Source: Enoplolaimus lenunculus (lineage: Eukaryota). From it: a stretch of DNA of 64,000 nucleotides. The stretch's first letter is position 1; each line of letters starts with the position of its first letter. The translations under genes and the position numbers were made by a program. The notes under the pieces are model-generated. The model worked only from the letters and a program-made list of their open reading frames with translations, did no database searches and had not been told where the DNA came from. Below are positions 29,501 through 41,796 of the stretch, in pieces. The stretch spans positions 124,001 through 188,000 of the forward strand of contig JASANG010003810.1 in assembly GCA_030248215.1 (NCBI GenBank), written 5' to 3'.

Positions 29501-32500
29501 GGGACTACATTCATTGAGCGAAGCTCGAACACACGTAAGCAATTAAGGTAATATACAAATTAGTTATTAGCTAGCTATTCATTTATCGGTTTTGGAGGTT
29601 TGTAAACCATTTTGTTAAGATTCCTCGCACCCAAAAACCCTTCAGTCACCCTAATAATTACTGAAATAATTTAAAAAGTCCTAGTTTTGTCTTGTCAATT
29701 AAGCTAATATGCAAATTAGCTATTAGCTAACTATTCAATTATCAGTTTTAGATGTTTGTAAACAATTTATCCCTTGCACCTAAAAACCGTTTAGTGCTGA
29801 AATTATCTTACTTTTAGCCTTAATAACTAGTGAAATATTGTAAAAAGTCCTAATTTTGGCTAATGAACTATGCTAATATGCAAACTATCCATTAGCTAAC
29901 TGGTCAATTATCGGTTTTGGAGGTTTGTAAATAGTCTACGCAGATTCCTCGCCCAAAAACCCTTTAACGATAAAACTTGATTGCTTCTAACTGTAATAAT
30001 TAGTGAAATATTGTAGAAAGTCCTAATATAGGCTTAATTGATTATGCAAATTAGCCGGAGCTAATGAACTCCTTAAAATTTTAAATCCCCAATGCGAGGT
30101 TAACACCCCAGGATAATTGGCTTTCAAACAAAAAAAGTTTATCGAATTCGGTTCAGCCGTTCCTAAGATTCTTTTCGGACGGACAGACGGACATCCACCT
30201 TTCGACCCCCAAGTACAAAACATAAAACGCTTCGCGAAACTCTGAGCTTCGCTCGGAGTTTCGCTTCGCTCAATTACTTCATCATCTTTGCAAAAATTAT
30301 AAAATCCTTACGATTAAAATATCAGTGAAACTTATCTATCAACACATAGACTGGTAATAAGCCGTCTGTTGCCGGCCGCGCTAGGGATATGCAATAATAA
30401 AACTTGAGTTCTGTTTGTTACAGTTATTACAATTAATCATTATTTATTGCAGTCAAAAACTATATAATATTATAAATATTTTATTTCAAATTAAGTACCT
30501 TTAGATACGATCGCTGTCTTGCCTGGGATCCACTGCGCCGAAACAGTCCTTCGACTTCATAATGATCGTGCAAATAATCGAACGCTTCAACGAGAAATCT
30601 AAATCATATATATTTGCACGTACCTACCATTTATTCAATATCTCATACAAACATGGCTTCCCTCAGTAATGGGAGCGCCAAGGACATTTCAGTAAATGTT
30701 CCGGTTCCTGTTCCTTTTCAGCAGGTTGCGCTACCGATTTGCAAGTAGGTTCAGGTCGAACCATGGTATATACATACGCTGCAAGTTCACGCTATAGGAA
30801 CTTGCACATGATAAATGAACCTTAGTTGTCGTCGGTTAAAAGTAATGTAACGTTCAAAGAGCTAGAATACAATGGCTTGAACGAAACCCTATATACAGCA
30901 AACTAGTAGCCACAGCCATAATATAAACCCGCAACACAGCCATAATGTTAACTAGATAGATACAAAGATATCCATTGAGAGACCTCGAGGTGTTTGAACA
31001 CAGTTGGTCCGTTACACAGTCTCTGAAAACTAGGAAAACCAAAGTAAAGTCTAAATTAAAATCTTAATGACTCTGTTATGAACCTATTCAGTTTCTTTAT
31101 GTTATTGTCAATTTTATTCAGCCTATTTGATCTGTAGACTCTATACCAAACTTCGCTATAACGCGAATATCTCGTTAAGAAGAGCTCTACGGATTCTTCT
31201 TCCAATCCACAACAGTAGCAAATACTCGAATTAGAGAGTCCTGTTTTATACATACTCTTATTTAGTTGACAGCGTCCAGTAACTATTTGTGTTAGTAGTC
31301 TAACCCTAGCTCTATTAAATCGCACGATAAAGCTAGTGTAACTTGTTTCCAGTTTGCTAAAGAATATCTTCGTATTTCGGCAAGTATTTAGTCCTAGCCA
31401 TCTCTGGTTAGTGTGTGAAATACACCAATTTTGGATAATACATATTTTTGATTTGTCTTTGTGGTACACCTATAACAGGATCTGGTCCAGTAAAGCTCAT
31501 TTGAGCTCGTATCTTAGCTAATGCATCAGCCGTATCATTTCCGTAATTAGGTAGCTAGATGACCTTTAATCCATGTTAAAAATACTTTATGTGTAACTGA
31601 GAGATCTTGTATATAGGTGCTTTACGCAGCTCTTAGTTATTTCGGAATTGCTCCAATTCCTATCGAGCGCCTTGAGGAAAGCTTGACTATTTGATCTAGT
31701 GATAATTATTTTCTGTCTAACACAACGCTCAATTAATTCTGAAACAGCTTCATCAATAGCCAAAATTTCTGCTTGGTAAATCGACGAAAATTGTCCCAAG
31801 GAGAAAGATAAACTTATTACATTATCAATGAAAACACCAGCCCCGGTACTTCTGTTTGCGTAAGTAATACTCTATTCTTGACCCATTAGTGAAACGTTAT
31901 ATATTAGCTACAGTATGATCCTATCCATTAATTAATATATACCGTTCATGAACTTGTATCTATGTGTTTTCTAATATCGAAATCAGTTGATAAATTTACA
32001 ATGGGAATGCTCTTTAGTACTGTGCTAAAAATTGTTCCATGACCTACGTATAAGGTGATTTTTTCAAGATTTATATACAAGAATGAAGTCTTGTATACCA
32101 TCCGGCAGCTTTTCGAAAGACCGCTAAATTCATCGGTAAAACATTAAACATAATTTCTAAGGACATTTGAGCCTGGCTTCTCCACAGCGGGGGGGCGGCG
32201 GGGGGGCCCCCAGCACTTTTTGAAATTTTCATTTTCCCCCGGCGAAAATTTTGCCGCCCCCAGAAAAGGCCCCCCGGCGAATTTTCGGCCGCCCCCAGCA
32301 AAATGCCCCCAGCAAATTTTTTTGCTGGGGGGCCCCCAAAAATTTTCAATGTTAAAACATAAAGACCTGGATTTCTTTTGAGGCGGACATTCAGCAAAAT
32401 ATGATTATATATTACGCTGAGTACTCATAATTTTTTAATAGCGTTACAAATACCGGTAGTAACTAGTACAATTCAATAATGAACTGAAAAAAGCACAATT

Positions 32501-33156
32501 ATATAAAGACCGTTTCATGGCATACAGCATTCGAAAGTACCTTGCAGCAACAAGTTCAACCCGCCTGAGCCTTATGATAAACTGAATCTGTGACTAATAT
32601 ATAAAATATATGTTAATCACAGTTTCAATTATAGATTATCTATATTTTATATAATTGTGCTTCTTTCAACTTCTGGTAAAGTTGTCAGTAATATTAGTAA
32701 AAATTATTGTTATTAGCGTTTGCGGGGAATTTTTGTCATGTTGAGCGATGAGAAATCTTCAGTTGAGTTGGAAACGCGATCTAGAATAAAAAAATGGTCC
32801 AAAAAGTCGGCTTGCAAAATTTTAAGCCTGCCCCCAGGACCCCCCAGATCATCTGGGGGCCCCCCAGGAAAACTGCCCCCCAGCAAAATTAGCTGCCCCT
32901 CAGGAAACGCTCCCCGGCGGAAATTTTCAAGCTGTGGAGAAGCCAGTGAGCTGTTGATCTCAGAGCTCCTGATGCATACAATTAAGGAAGTCTAAACAGA
33001 CACCGCAGCGGAGCCATAAGGTTAACTAACTAAGTAAGTACGTATTTACCTCGGCAACTGAACTGAATCGCCATTTGGAGGAATTACGACTACAGCCATC
33101 ACCATATTGCTCGAATCTAAATCGATCAAACCTTCAGGCTCCCACTGCGCGGCCAT
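17577..33156 (-). CDS. Rho GTPase-activating protein with N-terminal RhoGAP domain and long low-complexity C-terminus (ARHGAP11-like). Clear exons 33156-33050, 30598-30499, 29426-29181, 28800-28626, 28360-28172; probable exons near 27.8, 27.2, 27.0, 26.6, 26.0, 25.5 kb, 25045-24300, 23802-23386, 22766-22700, 22471-~22080, ~21270-21138, ~19883-19270, 18429-17577
   Basis: VQLPRFLVEAFDYL..EGLFRRSGS (arginine finger), HDMTDLIKLFLRKLKFPLIP and VSKHHEMNKMTVHNLALIFAPTLF are RhoGAP signatures. Most downstream exons join in phase. C-terminal exon boundaries are less certain. Confidence 0.85.
29487..30274 (-). mobile_element. DINE-1/HINE-like non-autonomous Helentron in a RhoGAP intron
   Basis: Perfect 12-bp subterminal inverted repeats ATTGAGCGAAGC (29513-29524) / GCTTCGCTCAAT (30263-30274), adjacent partial IR, GTCY-type microsatellite (GGACGGACAGACGGACA), central tandem repeats, terminal stem-loop CCACCA-GTCG-TGGTGG. 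Confidence 0.75.
30960..33000 (-). mobile_element. Degenerate 5'-truncated non-LTR retrotransposon with RNase H (I/LOA-like), in RhoGAP intron 1
   Basis: SGALRSTAQMSLE, STGAGVF..LGQFSSIYQAEILAI..SNSQAFLKAL (RNase H) and VTGRCQLNKSMYKTG..CYCCGLEEESVE (C-terminal zinc-knuckle region), with stops and frameshifts. Confidence 0.85.
32173..32946. mobile_element. 774-bp TIR element, perfect 16-bp TIR CTGGCTTCTCCACAGC, 5-bp TSD TGAGC, inserted in the LINE
   Basis: TGAGC at 32168-32172 and 32947-32951. Removing the element and one TSD restores the LINE frame (STAQM). G/C-run subterminal repeats. Confidence 0.9.
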
Positions 33157-36156
33157 TGATAACTAAGAACGGCGTACCGCTTGCTGGAGTAAAGTATTTA
33201 AATATATTCTACTTAAGTGCGCAATGTACCTTCTCCGCAGGCGAAACTTTCAGCCAGGAGACGCAAACCGGGGGGACGGAACTATTAAGATATGTAAGCA
33301 AGCATGTGATACATGCTTGACCTGGTGCATATGCAATATACATTGTATGTATAGTATGCTTGCCGGCGGCATACGGTCGACACAAGCGAGCTGCGTGGCG
33401 CAGTAGTAGTGTTCGCTTAAGTGTCCGCAGGCTGCGAGTTCCATCCCCTCTATGGAAGCCCACTTTTCCGGCTGCTTATAAAAAATGTCTGAAGTCCCGG
33501 TTCCTACCTAAACTGACACAATAGGCTTTTGCGTGCATATATACGTAGTTTTTGGCTGTACTTCTCGGTCAAGTTATTGGCGTCGAAAGTTGATAAAACC
33601 GCAGTTAAGACTAAACATGCAAATGTGTTTGTGTTCTAATGTTTTGCATTGTATTGGCATTACGTAAATACCTTTCTAGTTCCGATTCCACTTCCAATTC
33701 TGATTCCGGTAAAAAATTGGTGTTCTGATTCCGATTTGGATTACGGTATAATCCAGTTTCGCTTTGTACCCTAATACTCGTCATTAAAATGAGCTGAATT
33801 ACGTGTTGAGAGCGTGTCCACGCAGTGGGCATTTCAAGTTCGTATATTCGGTGTTTCCGGAATCCATCTCATTCAGATCTTACCCCTCTTCAGATCAGTC
33901 GAAAATTCTGTTTTGATCAGTACAGACCTTACAAAGCTAAGACCGTTGAACGTCAAGCGTTAATGCGCCGGTCACAATTTAAATTTAAGGCGTGTCTGCC
34001 ACAAGATGTCATAAGGTAACGCTAACGCGTGACAAATTTTAAACTATACAACAGAATGTGTGCCGCTAATAACTTACACACATAAATGTGTGTGTTTCAA
34101 TTTCAAGATTTTTGTACCGTTAATGTATGGTTAACGCTTTCGTCACTTTTTTTGAGAAAATTTTAAGAAGACAAAGTTTCTGCAAAAATGAAATTGAACT
34201 GTATTTGAGTTTCGTGTACCCTACGTACATCGGTGCCAGTTCTCGCAGACTACCCACACTTTACACTCTTATGCTGAGAAAATTTTAACTTGTTACAATT
34301 TTAAAATTTATAGGGAGTAAATTTTACGTCAACCCTATCCTAACGCATGTCCTCTGAAATATATTTTGTACTGCGCATAATCTCATTGTAAGCTCGCATA
34401 TCAAGCGGCGTACTAAAGTCAGACATATGTGTAAGGATATTTAAGAAATATGCAATTAAAAACTCAAGAAATTCCAGTCCATTGTCAAATCAAACAGAAC
34501 AACCACGAACCCAACTTTTGTTCGATGGCAGCCTCGGTTTTAAGTTTCAAACGATATTCTCCTAGCTACGAAATTTTACTGTTTTACACTACTAACAAAG
34601 AAAGGCCATTTTGCAAAATAAATAATAAGCAACTTTTCCCGGAAATATGTGCACACTAATCGAAACGTTTAGTTGTATGCTAATTTTTCTACTTGTGTTT
34701 TGTATGATGAAGCGTATGTGCTGTCTTGTTAGCAGTCGTTAACAAAACGGGATGCATATCTTGCATTTTTGTATTGGTGAACCGTTGAAAAGCAGTCAGA
34801 ATATAACACAAGTAGCCTTAAGCGTATTGTAAAAACGAAACGTGTATTTACATTCGAATCTTAATATGCGATGCCCAGTGATAAGAATATGGTAATAAAA
34901 CAACAAATGCAATGACAACGAGTATAGCCGGGTTGCAGATATTTGTGACATTCATCTGTCGGCTATCAACGAAATCGATTTTAAAAGTTGAGAGGACAAT
35001 ATGTTGATGAAAGTGAAAAGTGAAATATGCGAAAACAGTGTCTGCATTTTGCCAAATTTTGACTCCACCTGGACAGAAATTTTATCACGTACAGATTTAT
35101 TTTCCATATGCCTTACTGATCCAGCAGACACGTGCAAACGTTGCTCCAAACGCGTACCGAGTTTTATGCTCAAAAGGTACCAACAAAATTAGTGTGAGAA
35201 AAAATTTTATATATAAACCTAGCAAGTGTGATGATACAAATAGAATATTTTTCGGTTTGTTACCTAAAGTCAATCCTTGATCTCTACCGGTGCAAAAAAG
35301 AATATTTTTCGGTTTGTTACCTAAAGTCAATCCTTGATCTCTATTGGTGCAAAAAATAATGTTTCAAATTGATGGATCATCCACGTTATAAAAAGCACGC
35401 ATAGTTGTAAAAACCGTCCCTCCCTTTTGGGTGCCAGCGTTGTTCCTACCCACTCTCTTTTTACACTGTATGAGATGCCAATGCCTGTACCCTTAGACAA
35501 TGCCTGAATCTTTAGACAACGAATATGCTCTAGGCATTAATATAGATTTGTCCTGACATCATTATCGGGAACTGTTATTGTGAAGGGACTCAATTTTTTG
35601 CGTCGAATGATGCGTGCGAATATGTGTGCAAAGCGTGTGTGTTCATAAATGTGTGCGCGTGAACTAACGTAATGTCCAGACATCCTAGAGACAACATGTA
35701 TCTGTCCAGACTCCACAGTCCTTTCCGACACAGCCTAGACAATTAACGCTATCTAAGTACATCTACGAAACTGTACCTTGCCTCCAGGTAAGATGTGTAT
35801 TTGGATGCTGTTCCAAATGGGGTGGGTGGAACATTTATTACATCGGCGTGTGCATTTTAACGTAGATGAATCATGACGCAGGGTTCACGTTATAAACAGG
35901 GGCAGCCCGGAACACGTTTAGTCCGTGTTGATTCGATGTCACCATAAAATATTGTAATCTGAATAGCGGTTAGTAGACACAATGTGAATGTGATATTACA
36001 TTGGATTACAAATCCCTGATTTCCGGTAAAATCGTATACAAATAGCAATATTTCACATGATACCACGGGGCATTTATGTGAATATCATATGATATTCCAA
36101 AATTCTGCCGAATATCACATGATATGATGCAGGACAATGTAATTTGTGCGCATTAA

Positions 36157-36417
36157 CCCTTTAACTCATAGAGTATACTATGAGCAAAAATACAATAATG
36201 TACGAGTAGTACACACACAGTGAGCAGTGTTTAACATTTATAACCTATATGCGCAGTGTAAAATCTCCACAAGACGTGAGAGCCCCCTCGGGCTCGAGCG
36301 TTAAGCTTCTATAGCTCAGTGGTCATCGTAAACGCCTTCCACCATTGAAACTGGGGTTCGAATCTCACCTTGAAATTGCATTTCATATGAAATTGCAAAT
36401 ATTCATGTGAGAAAGGG
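36157..36417 (+). mobile_element. piggyBac-type MITE carrying a hairpin and tRNA-like cassette (copy A)
   Basis: TTAA|CCCTTT...GAGAAAGGG|CTAA; internal TAGCTCAGTGG (A box) and GGTTCGAATC (B box). Confidence 0.8.
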
Positions 36418-39347
36418 CTAATAATATAATGAAGTCAAATAATGTAGCTTTGAGTGATTCGCAATTCTGAGTTAGCATTTTTTCTGTTTCTGGCGTAAAT
36501 TTTGCCTGTATTCCTAATGAGTCCAGCTGGGTCACGTTTTGTCACGTTCTATATATTGGGTACAATTTTGCCTGCGATGTAGCCGAATATGATATTCCAA
36601 AAACAGTGGTTCTCTGCTAGCATCTTGTATCGGTCACGTTTTGTCTTTCAATTTCGTATGCTATTCCCTACATCGTCTGTCAATATCATATTATAAAAAT
36701 GACTACTGAACCAGTTACAAATAGGTTTGCGTATGGCGGAATATAATACGATACTAGCAGGGTATGTGCCGTTACCATATGATATAACGAGAGAATGCAA
36801 ATAACCACTAAAAATATTATAGCGAGAAATTTAAATTTTGGTGCAAAAAAACAAAATTTGGCAAAAAATTATATTTTTAGCGGAAAAATTTAAATTTTAG
36901 CGGGAAACACAAATTTTGGGAGGATACGAATTTTGGCGGAACATTTAAATTTTGGCGATAAATTCAAAATTTGGCAAAAAAATCAAATTTTGGAAATTAA
37001 ATTTTGGCGGCTTGTCTTATGATACTTTTAAACTACATAATGGAATATCGTACGATACACTTAAAGTGTGTAGTAGAATATCATATGATACTGCATTTCT
37101 GTCTTGCTGAATATCACATTATATATGCTGTTAATTTGGAATATCATATGATATTCACCGATATGTCTGATAGTGTGCGTGACATTCCAGCACTTGTTTC
37201 GACTTTTGTCTGTCCGTATCTTATGATGGTACCAAAAATTTATGTTGATGTCGAATCAACATGTGGTAAAACTGACCCCTGCCCCAGTTATATCGACAGC
37301 GCAAGTATATATGCTGGTACGAATAGAGGGGATATATTTTAGCACGAACTTTGTGCACTGCAAAAAATGGAGACTCATATTCTCTCCAAAATACGCTCTA
37401 CGGGACTACACAAACTGAGTCAAATTCGACTCTGCCACAGTCGAACGTGTGACTCAGTGAGTCGAATTTGACTCTGACGGAGGCGAATTTGACTCAAATT
37501 GTGTAGTTCCGTAGAGCTTATTTCAGAAAGAGTCGTTTACTCAACATTTTTTGCTATGTATTCGAATACCATGCAAGAATACATAGTTGTTCGTACACAC
37601 ATTTAATACTTATTTACATGTTCTACATGTTTAAATTTCATTCAAACTGTCAATAGGCGTACAGCCAAGTGGATTATAAACTGCAAAAACAAACTCGAAC
37701 AATGCGAGCAAAAACCAAACACAGAATCTACTGGGCCGCCTCTGTCTGTCACTAATTTATCTACGAATTTAAAGTATTTGAGAGAAAGGACAACTTTCAA
37801 TTTCAGAATGACTAAAACTCTGCGAAAATGCCCCTAAAAAGTTGTTTTGGAAAATTTCATTTTCCCACTATGAAAATTAATATCGTCAAATTAACTAGGT
37901 CGCTACAATAGACCAAACTGTACGAAAACTTGTACAAGACAAGTATATATATTTATTCATTTATATATATTTATTTATATATAAATAAATATGTATATAC
38001 ATTTATTTATTTATATATAAATAAATAAATATGTATATATATTTTATTTATTTATTTATATGTATGTATACAGCCTGTATTTTTCTATACTTTTATATGT
38101 ATATCTGCATTTCAGCACACTTTATTTTAAGAGCGCATGGCAAGATTTTACAGTTTCGAAAGATTTAAACTTCACGGAAAATTTAAATTTTTGCGGGCAG
38201 CTGAGCGACCACGGCTTTGAGAATTTCTAGCGTAAATACCCTGTGCACTGTAAATTGCACTGAATTGATTTTAACTCAGAAGAATGAGTTGAATCCACTC
38301 GAACGCTTGAGCTGTGAATTAGGTCTTTCAGAACTCAAACTTCTGAATTGATTGAACTCATTGTGAGTTGAAATTAATCAACTCATTGGAATTTACAGTG
38401 TAGTGCATAGCCGGTTAAAGAAGTGCCTAATTGTTTTAGGGTCTATATGTCATAGACTACACTGGGAAAAGGAAGCCGAAAAAAACAACTTTAGACCATT
38501 CGAAAAGGACCGTAGCCATGATTTCAGTCTGGATATACTTCGAATAATAAAATTTTATTTGCCTCTAGCAGGGGTGTTTTTTCCGGAAAAAAATTATGAC
38601 CGGAATAAATTGGATTTTTTTCCGTTTTTTTTCCGGAAACAATGGAAAAAAATGAAAAAAGTCATTCTTTGTCTGAGTGGTGGTTATACCACCTTTAGCC
38701 GGCGTTTGCCCAAAATGCTCGCATTTTAAAACTATGCATATTTGAGCTCCTGATGACATCCTCTGATCATTCCATACCCAAATCTGAATTTTTAAAAAAC
38801 TCGATTTTTAAGGCCATAAACCCTGACCTCTAGAGTCCGGAAGGTTTACCTATTCGAAAGCTTGCTAAAGTGTTTTTCTTGTTACTACACACTTCAAAAA
38901 ATGGTAGAGTCAAATTGACTTACTCCGAAATAATCCGTACGGACTGCGCAAAGCGAGTCAAGTTCAACTGCACCAAAGTCAAATTCGACTACCTGAGAGT
39001 CGCACGTTTGACTCTGGCAGTGTTGAATTTGACTCAGTTTGTGTAGTTTCGTAGCGTCTATTTCGGAGACAGTCAATTTGACTCACCATTTTTGCAGTGT
39101 GCAAATTTCGTAATGAAATATAATCCCCTCTATTTGTTCTAGCATATATGTATGCGTTGTAGTCGATAAAATAAATATTTACAATGCAAAAACGTTTGCA
39201 AAATTTGACTGCAGTCTACAAGGAAAGAGATTCTTTCAAAAATTGGAAACGTAAATTGTACATCAAAGTATTCATAGAAACGTTTATACTGTCGTACTTT
39301 CATAAAGATTTTGTTGTATTTTCAAGCAGCAGTCTGTTTATAAACAT

Positions 39348-40128
39348 CAGGGTGCAACCGGAGGTGAAAAATACCGGAGCCGGAGACCATGGACGGATCC
39401 AGGGATGGATGAGGGGATGTATCCCTCCCACCGGTTGCCGAGTGTAAAATTTTTTTCAGGGTTAAAACCAACGTAAGCAAATAATGGCAGTTATGATGAT
39501 TTTTGAAAATACGGGAAAAAGAATAAAAAACCTCTTCGTCTTTAGCAACAACCAAGACATTATGGGCTAGACATTACGCAACATCCGTTTTAATGATTGT
39601 ATTGCATACATATATACATACATATATATGCCAATACTTAATATTTTCCACTTGTACATCTCCCTACCAGGAATTTCTGGAACCACCACTGACGGAACCG
39701 GAGGTCAACAAAACTTGCCGGTGCCGGAGGTAAAGCTGGAGTTGAAGCTGTACGTCTTCCCACCAGGAGTTTCTGGATCCACCACTGACGGAACCGGAGG
39801 TCAACAAAACTTGCCGGTGCCGGAGGTAAAGCCGGAGTTGAAGCGAAATTATGTAATTATTAAAACAACGTTAATGTGTTAATTTTGTCAAATACCGGTC
39901 ATGTGTTGTTATAAATTGTTTGGTTTTACGCTTATTTGTTATGATATTTCGGTAATTTATTCCTCAAAATTGCGCAAAAAATTAAAACGAAACGCGATTA
40001 ACAGATAAGTTTTGTAAAACTATACAAAATTTCACTTTCGCCATTGCTGGAAACTCCGGCAAAAATTCTGCCGGAACCGGAGGTTGATTTTTTACCAGAG
40101 CCGGAAACAGACCTCCGGTTGTACCCTG
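39348..40128. mobile_element. CAGGGTGCAACCGG-ended hAT-like MITE with CCGGAG subterminal repeats; related ~47539-47990 and ~58520-58697
   Basis: CAGGGTGCAACCGGAGG ... CCTCCGGTTGTACCCTG; internal ~100-bp tandem duplication at 39660-39845. Confidence 0.75.
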
Positions 40129-41384
40129 ATAAGGTTTGGTATCGGAAAAAAGCCAACTGAAAAACGGTTTATCTTCCGGTTGTTTCCTGTTTTTTTCTGA
40201 GGGGGTAGAAAAACGAAGAGAACAGAAAACCTGTTTCATTAATAACAGTAAATTACTCACAAAACAGCGTCAAAACATCGCGAAAAATCGTACAAAAATT
40301 GGCTTTTTCATGCGCCTGTCATCCTGGATGCTGGTTTACTGGAGAAAAATCAGTGGCCGAGCCAGGAATTTCTAAACGTGGACCCAGACCCACGCCAGAT
40401 ATAATAGAGGAAGCAGTCGCGAGCGAGAAACTAAACGCTATTTTAGTTCTATTTGAATACAAAATCTTAATTTTGATTCTGTTGGAGTGCCAAAGACCGG
40501 AGTGGACCCCCATCCATTCGATCCGCCAGTGGAAGGTATTGCGGGATAGTCACTCTTTTATATTTCAGGACAGACAAAGAACACGCACAGGCTTATTTAA
40601 GAATACCCAGCTTGATTGTTACCTTCTTCCGAAATGAATGCCTAGCTAAGGTCCCTGTAGTTTTGTGAATGGAAAAGTACTTTACTAAAGGCTGCGGGAC
40701 TCCTTCAGAGGCGAACGCAGGGTGATAAGAGTTGTACCGCCTCACACCTCGACAATCCTACGGTGCTGAAAAAATATGCGTAACAGTGGATGTTCAATAA
40801 AACTGGGATTCGAGTTGCATCCTTACTATCGTATATTTTTATATTTGTGATTTTGCTGTTTATCTTTTATGCAATATTAAATATTGCCGATATATGCCGC
40901 GTTTAGCCCCGAACCTAACTTCTGATTAATTTTAATTTTTATTTATCAAAAACGTTCCAAATTATGTTGGCAGATTGTTTGCCGGACTCAGCCCCACAAG
41001 TTTGGGGCCACCTAGCTGGCTTTTGCATTTATTAGGTATATGGCAGCTCTGTAGTGTGTACAATGTGCTTATCATCATGTGTTATCACATGTTGATACCT
41101 AATGAAATAGTCATTTGATTCTCGTAATGTCGATCTTTCAATAGACAAATCATCCATTAACGTTCTTATACACATGCGGAAGCATTAGTACACGATTTTC
41201 AAGTTTTTTTCGTTTTTACCGGAAATAACGGAAAATGCCTTTTCCGGTCGATTCAATTTTTCCGGAAAAAACCAACCCTGTATGTATGTATCGGTCTAGA
41301 AAGTCTTAAAGACATCCAATATCAGGCATGCCGCCTAAAAACATAAAAATATGTCTATTTTGATTATTTCTCCTATTTTGTATG

Positions 41385-41796
41385 CTTGTCGACCGACATT
41401 TTGTCACCCAACATCTCGTCATCCCTGACAACATGTCGACCCCGACAACTAGTCGATTCGGACAACTTGTCGCTCCGACAACCCGTCGACTACGACAGCT
41501 TGGCGCCCAGACAACTCGTCGAGTCGACAGTTTTACCTACTGGCACGCGACAATTTGTCGGATCGACGAGTTGTCGGTGCGTCAAGATCTCGAAGTTGAG
41601 GAGTTGGCAGGATCGGCGAGTCGTCGGGGCGACAAGTTGCCGGGGTCGACGAGTTATCGGGGCGACAAGTTGACAGGTCGACGAGTTGTCGTAGCTGCTA
41701 GCAGGCGACAAGTTGTCTGGTCGACGAGTTTTCGGGGATGACGAAATGTCAGACTACGAATTGTTGGTAGGTGAGTTGTCGGGCCACGATTTGTCA
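41385..41796. repeat. GC-rich array of ~16-bp palindromic CGACAAnTnGTCG units, inverted overall
   Basis: Repeated CGACAACTnGTCG in the first half and CGACGAGTTGTCG in the second half. Confidence 0.8.

Noticed and set aside
30917..33030. ~26-bp imperfect direct repeat at both ends of the LINE remnant as a TSD
   Set aside because: Several mismatches and undefined LINE ends; cannot confirm.
33385..33455. tRNA-like A/B boxes (TGGCGCAGTAG, GAGTTCCATCC)
   Set aside because: Degenerate single copy without a cloverleaf; at most an old SINE head.
36305..36376. Functional tRNA-Gly gene
   Set aside because: Acceptor and anticodon stems do not pair properly in any of the three copies; treated as tRNA-derived, not as a tRNA.
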